Of a stretch of DNA of 64,000 bases, positions 58,353-64,000 are shown one piece after another. The notes under the pieces are model-generated. The model did not search any database and was not told the origin of the DNA. It was given only the letters and a program-made list of their open reading frames with translations. Each line of letters opens with the position of its first letter. The first letter of the stretch is position 1. This DNA is from Bacteroidota bacterium. GTDB taxonomy: Bacteria; Bacteroidota; Bacteroidia; UBA4408. Both the position numbers and the translations under genes were made by a program. Where the stretch lies: NCBI GenBank assembly GCA_046297395.1, contig JBKCNM010000105.1, positions 14,230 to 78,229 of the forward strand, read 5' to 3'.

Positions 58353-59588
58353 ATGCCCCTGCGTTTTCTGATTATTGTTCTGGTGATTCTTGCTGTTGAC
58401 ATTTACTTCTACCAGGCCGTACTTACCTCCACACAACAACTTGCCCCCAAAACCAAACGCATGATATTTTATGTGTATTGGGGATTGAGTGCCGCTACCT
58501 TTCTTTTTTTTCTTACTGCAGCCATCACAGGACCCAACCATGTTCCCCGCTTTCTGAGGGTACAGGTGTTTGCTTTTTTTATCATTATCGAAATGTCCAA
58601 AATTCCGGGCATCGCTTTCCTGCTCATCGACGACATCATCCGCCTGTTTCGGTTTGCCGGCAGTTTTGTTTTTTCAACTCCGGAAAACAACTTCTCCCCT
58701 ACCCGACTCACTTTTATCAATCGCCTTGCCCTCGGCATTGCTGCTATTCCTCTTGGTTCATTGCTCTATGGAATGATCAATGGTGCATACAAATACACCA
58801 TCAGAAAAGTGAAACTGCCCCTGCAAAATCTGCCTGATGCATTCCAAGGATTGCGCATTGTGCAGGTGTCAGATATTCATTGCGGAAGTTTTGCCGACGA
58901 CAAAGCCCTCAGAAAAGCCTTTGCCATGGTACAAGAACTCAATCCTGATGTGGTTTTTTTTACAGGCGACCTCGTGAACAATGCAAGCGATGAAGCCATC
59001 CCATTTGCAGAAGCTTTTAAACTGTTAAAAGCACCCATGGGCGTATTCTCCATTATGGGAAACCATGATTACGGGGATTATACCCAGTGGAACAGTCCCG
59101 AAGAAAAAGCCCAAAACCTGCAAATGCTCAAGGATGTGCACGCAGCCTCCGGATGGAAACTGCTCAACAATACCCACCACCTGCTTGAAAAAGGAGGCGA
59201 GAAAATGGCTGTTATCGGAGTGGAGAATTGGGGCGCCAGCCTGCGTTTCCCCAAGTACGGAAAACTTGACAAGGCCTATGCAGGCACTGAACATGTTCCG
59301 GTGAAACTCTTGCTATCTCACGATCCCTCTCACTGGGATGCTGAGGTAAGAAAAAAATATCCCGACATTCAGGCTACCTTTTCCGGCCATACCCACGGGA
59401 TGCAGTTTGGCATTGAGATTCCCGGATTTAGGTGGAGCCCCGTTCAGTATTTTTACAAACAATGGGCAGGATTGTATAAGAAAGAAAACCAGTACCTCTA
59501 TGTCAACCGCGGCCTGGGATTTATCGGCTATCCCGGTAGGGTGGGCATCATGCCCGAAATTACGCTCATCGAACTCAGCAAAGCCTAA
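58353..59588 (+). CDS. Membrane-anchored metallophosphoesterase (calcineurin-like)
   Basis: About 4 N-terminal TM helices, then VQVSDIHCG, TGDLVNN, GNHDY and SGHTHG. Confidence 0.85.
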   Translation: MPLRFLIIVLVILAVDIYFYQAVLTSTQQLAPKTKRMIFYVYWGLSAATFLFFLTAAITGPNHVPRFLRVQVFAFFIIIEMSKIPGIAFLLIDDIIRLFRFAGSFVFSTPENNFSPTRLTFINRLALGIAAIPLGSLLYGMINGAYKYTIRKVKLPLQNLPDAFQGLRIVQVSDIHCGSFADDKALRKAFAMVQELNPDVVFFTGDLVNNASDEAIPFAEAFKLLKAPMGVFSIMGNHDYGDYTQWNSPEEKAQNLQMLKDVHAASGWKLLNNTHHLLEKGGEKMAVIGVENWGASLRFPKYGKLDKAYAGTEHVPVKLLLSHDPSHWDAEVRKKYPDIQATFSGHTHGMQFGIEIPGFRWSPVQYFYKQWAGLYKKENQYLYVNRGLGFIGYPGRVGIMPEITLIELSKA

Positions 59589-59625
59589 ACGCTTGTTTTA
59601 GTTAAGCGTGTTGGTTTATTTTGCA
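59589..59625 (+). terminator. Weak terminator-like hairpin
   Basis: ACGCTT-gttttagtt-AAGCGT is a 6-bp stem followed by gttggtttatttt. Marginal. Confidence 0.3.
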
Positions 59626-59647
59626 AACTTATACATCATCAATATCC

Positions 59648-60358
59648 ATGGGAAGAGCATTTGAATTCAGACGCGAGCGCAAGGAAAAGCGCTGGGACAA
59701 AATGGCCAAAACATTTACCAAATATGGCAGATTAATCGCCATGGCAGTAAAGGCAGGCGGAGGAGATATTACAACCAATGCCAAACTCCGTGCAGTTATC
59801 CAAAATGCCAAATCGGAAAACATGCCCAAGGACCGTATAGAAAATGCGATTGCAAGGGCAAGCAACAAAGACGAAAGCAATTTTCAGGAAATGGTGTATG
59901 AAGGCAAAGGTCCTCACAGTATTGGAATTCTTATTGAATGTGCTACGGATAATCCTACACGCACTGTGGCAAACATCCGTATGTACTTCAGCAGAAACGG
60001 AGGTGAACTCGGAAAAACAGGTTCGCTCGATTACCTTTTTACGCGCAAAGGTGTATTTAAAATTCAACCTCCCTCACTTGCCATGGATGAATTGGAACTG
60101 GAACTGATAGACCATGGACTGGAGGATTTGTATGCCGACGGTGAACAATGGATCATCATGACTGCATTCACCGATTTTGGAAACATGCAAAAAGCACTGG
60201 AAGAAAAACACATCACCGTAATCAGTGCAGAGCATCAGCGGGTGCCCAACAGCACAACCAAACTAAATCCTGAACAAGAGGAGGAAGTGCTCGAATTAAT
60301 AGATAAGTTTGAGCAGGACGATGATGTGAGTGCGGTGTATCACACCATGGGAAATTAA
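59648..60358 (+). CDS. YebC/PmpR-family transcriptional regulator
   Basis: MGRAFEFRRERKEKRWDKMAKTFTKYGRLIAMAVKAGGGD is the canonical family N-terminus. The start is placed at the ATG at 59648. Confidence 0.9.
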   Translation: MGRAFEFRRERKEKRWDKMAKTFTKYGRLIAMAVKAGGGDITTNAKLRAVIQNAKSENMPKDRIENAIARASNKDESNFQEMVYEGKGPHSIGILIECATDNPTRTVANIRMYFSRNGGELGKTGSLDYLFTRKGVFKIQPPSLAMDELELELIDHGLEDLYADGEQWIIMTAFTDFGNMQKALEEKHITVISAEHQRVPNSTTKLNPEQEEEVLELIDKFEQDDDVSAVYHTMGN

Positions 60359-60415
60359 ATTCGTGAATCTTTACTTCATACCAAAGATGAACGAAACAAG
60401 AGTGCTTTTGTAAAT

Positions 60416-61597
60416 TCAATACAAATCACTTTCATTCACCAGTTCCTCTACATCTTGCATCTGCACGCCCCGGAGTTTAGCGTTCTTCGGAATCATTGGC
60501 CTGTCGGCCTGTAGTCCCTGATCATTGTTGTCTCCGCTGCCGTAATGACGATTCATGTCGAGGGCATCGTTTATCGCTTGGTTGTTAAAGGATTTTTTGG
60601 CTTTGCCGAAACTAACCTGCAATCCAAAGCCCAGAAATCCGGCTCTTTCCAAGTTCGCATTTGTAAGCGAACCATAATCAGAACGGAGAATATATCGGTT
60701 GTTCCGGTTAATAATTTTTGATTGCACATCGTTGAGGGTCATCCTGCTTTTGGAGACGGCTCCTATATTTAAAAAGAAAGAAAAACGGGAGCTTGCCTGT
60801 ACGCTGAGTTCAAAACCGGTGAGTTGTTCAGCCCTTCGCAAAATAACATCATCATAGGTCACACCTTTAAAGTCAACATCTCTCATCCCATAGATACCAC
60901 CGGTGAAGCGGTGAAAAAAACTCATCTGAAAGCGTTGTGCAAAAGGAACATCAAGAGAAAAATACCGTGGATACTGAAAATTAAAGTGTACGCGGTCATA
61001 CCGTCCGATTCTAAAACCAATGATGGGAACTCTTGGCAGTCCGCCCAAGATAAAAGAACGGGCCCATCCCAGTCTGTAGGAAAACTTCTCGTTTACCGTA
61101 CCATTGTAAATCACCAGCCATGTATAACGAAGAGCGGGGTTTGAGGTAAGCGCTGTTCTGTCTTCGGCAATAAATGGATTAAAACTAAAAAACAGGGTGT
61201 GTTTTTGACCGATGCTGTAGATTAGATTGGCAGCAAATCCGGTGCGTGTAATGCGTTTGTCTCCTTCAATCATCGAAAATCTCGGACGGGCAGTGAGGAT
61301 GCTGGCATTGCCTGCAACCTGCAACACATTTTTCGGCATGCCCAGGCTGTCTTTTGAGACATGCGTATACATCGGAAAAACAAAGCCGAGTGTTCCCTGC
61401 GAAAAACCAAAATTCTCAGAAGCATTGCTTTTAAACTGTCGGTTTTTTTGTCCCATATTATTCATATACACTGTTGGGCGAATGTAATGACGGGGCTCTT
61501 CTGCAGATGAGATTGAATCCTTGTTAAAAGCGACAGCAATCAGCGCATTCTGCATCCAGAGGCAAAAAAACAGAAACAGGTAAACAGGTTTCTTCAT
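60416..61597 (-). CDS. Putative outer-membrane protein of unknown function, last gene of the ECF-sigma operon
   Basis: MKKPVYLFLFFCLWMQNALIAVAF is a signal peptide. Long stretches alternate in a beta-strand pattern (FSYRLGWARSFILGG, RFSFFLNIGAV, GFLGFGLQVSFG), and a hydrophilic tail of about 70 aa follows. The start at 61597 is 4 nt after the upstream stop. Confidence 0.5.
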   Translation of the reverse strand: MKKPVYLFLFFCLWMQNALIAVAFNKDSISSAEEPRHYIRPTVYMNNMGQKNRQFKSNASENFGFSQGTLGFVFPMYTHVSKDSLGMPKNVLQVAGNASILTARPRFSMIEGDKRITRTGFAANLIYSIGQKHTLFFSFNPFIAEDRTALTSNPALRYTWLVIYNGTVNEKFSYRLGWARSFILGGLPRVPIIGFRIGRYDRVHFNFQYPRYFSLDVPFAQRFQMSFFHRFTGGIYGMRDVDFKGVTYDDVILRRAEQLTGFELSVQASSRFSFFLNIGAVSKSRMTLNDVQSKIINRNNRYILRSDYGSLTNANLERAGFLGFGLQVSFGKAKKSFNNQAINDALDMNRHYGSGDNNDQGLQADRPMIPKNAKLRGVQMQDVEELVNESDLY

Positions 61598-61601
61598 GGT
61601 T

Positions 61602-62060
61602 TTATTTGCCGGAGATTTGTTTGAGCAGTTCTCGTTTAAAATCATCCTCTGCCTTGTAGAGGAGCAACACTTTTTTCACGGAGAGTGCGGATTTAAATTT
61701 TTCATAATACTCCCGTGTTATCTGAATTTCTTTTTCTCTTGAGGATAGTTCATTGTTCAGCAGGTTCTCACATTCTTTTTCGCTGAGGGTTTCGGGATCG
61801 ATGCGGTTGTTTTTTAAATCGGCCGAGCGCATGCTTCGGGCGGTTTCCAGCTTGTCGAGATATTCATTGTAAATAGGCCAGAACGACTGAGCCTCGCGGG
61901 TATTCAGGTTGAGCCTCCGGGTGATGAAAGACACCTTAAGTGCTTCTATCTTTTCCTTTTTATCGGCGGGTTGTGCATGGGTGCTGTTGTAAAATGCAGG
62001 CAGCATCAGGCACAGCAGGGCAATATGTATCCATTTTTTCATGATCAGCTTCCAATCCAT
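61602..62060 (-). CDS. Periplasmic helical protein (Spy/CpxP-like), unknown function
   Basis: Signal peptide MKKWIHIALLCLMLPAFYNSTHAQ, using the second Met at 62042, then charged helical repeats (REAQSFWPIYNEYLDKLE...YYEKFKSAL). Confidence 0.5.
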   Translation of the reverse strand: MDWKLIMKKWIHIALLCLMLPAFYNSTHAQPADKKEKIEALKVSFITRRLNLNTREAQSFWPIYNEYLDKLETARSMRSADLKNNRIDPETLSEKECENLLNNELSSREKEIQITREYYEKFKSALSVKKVLLLYKAEDDFKRELLKQISGK

Positions 62061-62824
62061 TCTGTTAATTCATTTTCATCTATCCGGTTGTTGAGCAGGT
62101 AATCGCTTACCACTTCTGTTTCCACTGTTTTTTTATCTGAGGCAACAAGTTCTTGCACGGGCAGCCGGGAGATATCAGACTCATCTGCTGCTTCGGCGAG
62201 CAAACTCTCGTCTGCATGGGCCAACTCAGTAGAGAGTGCTACTTCTGCCAACTCGGTTGAAACCGGTTCAAGCGCCATCGGTACTTTTGTTTTTCCGGCC
62301 AATGATGCCTCTTGTGTTTCTGTAGGAGAATAAAATGTGTATCCTATTCCCAGTGCAAGTATGGTTAGCAGGATGGCTGCCAGTGGCATGGGGCGTAGGG
62401 CAAATGCCGGGCGGAGTTCACGCAGCAAGGGTTTGGCTTGCTTTTGTTCATACAGGCGCTCCTGTACCCGCATGGCAAGGCTGTCAAAATAAGCATCCGG
62501 GGCAGCAAAAGGATGCTGTTGATGAGGAAGGAGCACTTTTTGCAATCGGTATTGAAGTGCTTCAAAATAAGCTTCGGAAGGCAGGGGTTTCTCCACTTTG
62601 GAGAGCAAGACAAGTTGTGAAATATGCTCCGGAAAAGTTTCAAAATAAGCGGCCGGAACCACAAATGCCTCGGGCAACTTCTCTTGATATAAGAGGGCAG
62701 ACAGCTGCTTGGATTTTTCAAAATAATCCTGAGGAACCGCAAAGGGGTTCACCTTTGGAATGGCATTCAGCAGGGGTGCCGAAGGCTCTTCAGGAAGATG
62801 ATTGTATTTGCTTTGCGGTTTCAT
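62045..62824 (-). CDS. Putative single-pass anti-sigma factor with a four-fold P-x-x-YF[ED] repeat
   Basis: It lies directly downstream of the ECF sigma gene. One TM helix (PLAAILLTILALGIGYTFY). The N-terminal cytoplasmic part contains VPQDYFE, VPAAYFE, PSEAYFE and APDAYFD. No zf-HC2 motif is present. Confidence 0.5.
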   Translation of the reverse strand: MKPQSKYNHLPEEPSAPLLNAIPKVNPFAVPQDYFEKSKQLSALLYQEKLPEAFVVPAAYFETFPEHISQLVLLSKVEKPLPSEAYFEALQYRLQKVLLPHQQHPFAAPDAYFDSLAMRVQERLYEQKQAKPLLRELRPAFALRPMPLAAILLTILALGIGYTFYSPTETQEASLAGKTKVPMALEPVSTELAEVALSTELAHADESLLAEAADESDISRLPVQELVASDKKTVETEVVSDYLLNNRIDENELTEWIGS

Positions 62825-62859
62825 TTGTTGTTGTTTGGATGAAGAATGAAGGCCAGGGT

Positions 62860-63426
62860 TTAATGCTTGAGTAAATAATTTTCAATTTTTTTTACGGCAA
62901 TGTGATAAGAGGCTTTTAATGCGCCTACCGAGGTACCCAATACCTCACTCATGGCATCGTAAGTGAGCTCATCGTAATACTTCATGTTAAACACCAGGCG
63001 TTGCTTTTCGGGCAGGGTGAGGATGGCTTTTTGCAGTTTAAGCTGGATGGCATCCCCTTGGAAATAGGGATCGGCCTCCAACTTACCGGCAAGGCTATGC
63101 TCCACATCCACGATGGGCAGAAAAAAACGGGTTCTTTTTTTCTTTAAAAAGGAAAGACTCTCATTGGTGGCAATGCGGTACATCCATGTAAACAACTGTG
63201 ATTCGCCCTTAAAACTCTCCAGGTGTGTATACACCCTGATAAAAGTATTCTGGAGGACATCATCCGTATCGTCATGGTCAATCACCATTCTGCGGATATG
63301 GCTGTAGAGGCGCTTCTGATATTTCTTTACCAGCTGGTTAAAAGCCATATTGCGGCTAACCGGATCCCTGAAAAAAGACAATATCTGCTCGTCGGAATAG
63401 CCTTCCATATGATTCGTTGGATGCAT
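62860..63426 (-). CDS. ECF-type RNA polymerase sigma-70 family factor
   Basis: Region 2 DDTDDVLQNTFIRVY...WMYRIATN. Region 4 LPEKQRLVFNMKYYDELTYDAMSEVLGTSVGALKASYHIAVKKI. Confidence 0.9.
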   Translation of the reverse strand: MHPTNHMEGYSDEQILSFFRDPVSRNMAFNQLVKKYQKRLYSHIRRMVIDHDDTDDVLQNTFIRVYTHLESFKGESQLFTWMYRIATNESLSFLKKKRTRFFLPIVDVEHSLAGKLEADPYFQGDAIQLKLQKAILTLPEKQRLVFNMKYYDELTYDAMSEVLGTSVGALKASYHIAVKKIENYLLKH

Positions 63427-63588
63427 GATATTGTAAAAGGTTTAACGAATATGCAGATTTTCTTTTTACACCGGTGCAAAAGTCACTTGGAGCAAAAGTC
63501 CTTTGTGGTGAAAAAACATGTTGATAAACAATGAAGTCCTGATACCGAAAGCTTGGATAATTAAGTAGGTTTGAAAAAAATACAGCAT

Positions 63589-64000
63589 ATGCGGAAAAAG
63601 GCCAGAAAAATATTTGTTCTCGACACTTCTGTCATCCTATTTGATCACCAATCCATCACCAGTTTCGCAGATAATGATGTGGCCATTCCCATCACTGTGC
63701 TCGAGGAGGTGGATCGATTTAAGAAAGGTAACGATGTCATCAACTTCCAGGCCCGTGAGTTTATCCGCACGCTGGATGAGCTATCCAAAAAAAACCTGCT
63801 TCAGGAATGGATTCCCATCAACAGCAACAAGGGCAAGTTTCGCATTTTGATGCATGAAAACTCCAACCCGGACGCAAACAAGGTTTTTGGAGAGAACAAG
63901 GCAGACCATAAAATTTTAAATGCCGCCATCAGGTTAAAAAGCGAAAACAAGGATGCCAATGTGATCCTGGTAAGCAAGGACATCAACCTGCGGCTCAAGG
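63589..64000 (+). CDS. PhoH-like ATPase with N-terminal PIN domain (YlaK/PhoH2 type), 5' part only
   Basis: My translation from the ATG at 63589 reads MRKKARKIFVLDTSVILFDHQSITSFADNDVAIPITVLEEVDRFKKGNDV...ADHKILNAAIRLKSENKDANVILVSKDINLRLK. This is the PIN module of PIN-PhoH proteins. The frame stays open to the window end. Confidence 0.75.
   Translation, partial: MRKKARKIFVLDTSVILFDHQSITSFADNDVAIPITVLEEVDRFKKGNDVINFQAREFIRTLDELSKKNLLQEWIPINSNKGKFRILMHENSNPDANKVFGENKADHKILNAAIRLKSENKDANVILVSKDINLRLK

Noticed and set aside
1-64000. A search by eye for tRNA, rRNA, tmRNA, RNase P RNA, riboswitch leaders and CRISPR arrays in all intergenic gaps longer than 100 nt.
   Set aside because: I saw no cloverleaf-like or otherwise recognisable conserved RNA sequence. 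This is not a substitute for a tRNAscan or Infernal run.

Overview
This window looks like a densely packed chromosomal segment from a Bacteroidota genome. Three proteins end in T9SS C-terminal sorting domains, several genes sit behind the Bacteroidota -7 promoter motif TAnnTTTG, and DUF4476- and DUF6089-type envelope proteins are present. I count about 55 protein-coding genes and found no rRNA, tRNA or CRISPR array by eye.

Most of the content is ordinary:
- Transporters: NupC-type, two MFS, an ABC exporter, PiT with a DUF47 partner, and MscL.
- Housekeeping: proS, efp, htpG, gcvT, lpxK, purine nucleoside phosphorylase, cinA, a PduO-type adenosyltransferase, a 2-oxoacid dehydrogenase E2, an acyl-CoA dehydrogenase, YebC, and a PIN-PhoH gene cut by the right edge.
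- Envelope and secreted proteins.

The parts worth a second look are:
1. An uncharacterisable lipoprotein (28528..30327) with a Trp/Tyr/Gly/Asn-only core and a 12-residue PR-rich tandem-repeat tail. It is operonic with a FadL/PorV-like barrel.
2. A nine-gene overlapping operon, wzm-wzt-pseB-pseC-pseF-pseH-formyltransferase-pseI (47279..54756). It has no recognisable pseG. It is followed by an AT-rich junction holding an IS30 relic, a 543-aa protein that fuses an unknown domain to a methyltransferase, and a GT2.
3. Three tandem TPR + PD40 (TolB-like) paralogs. The first is split by a single in-frame TAA.
4. A translationally coupled pair of secreted proteins, lamin-tail-domain/CotH-kinase plus a lamin-tail-domain protein, carrying different T9SS tail types.
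5. A four-gene module of ECF sigma, repeat-containing anti-sigma, periplasmic helical protein and outer-membrane protein.

All functional calls come from motif recognition in the supplied translations. No database search was run.
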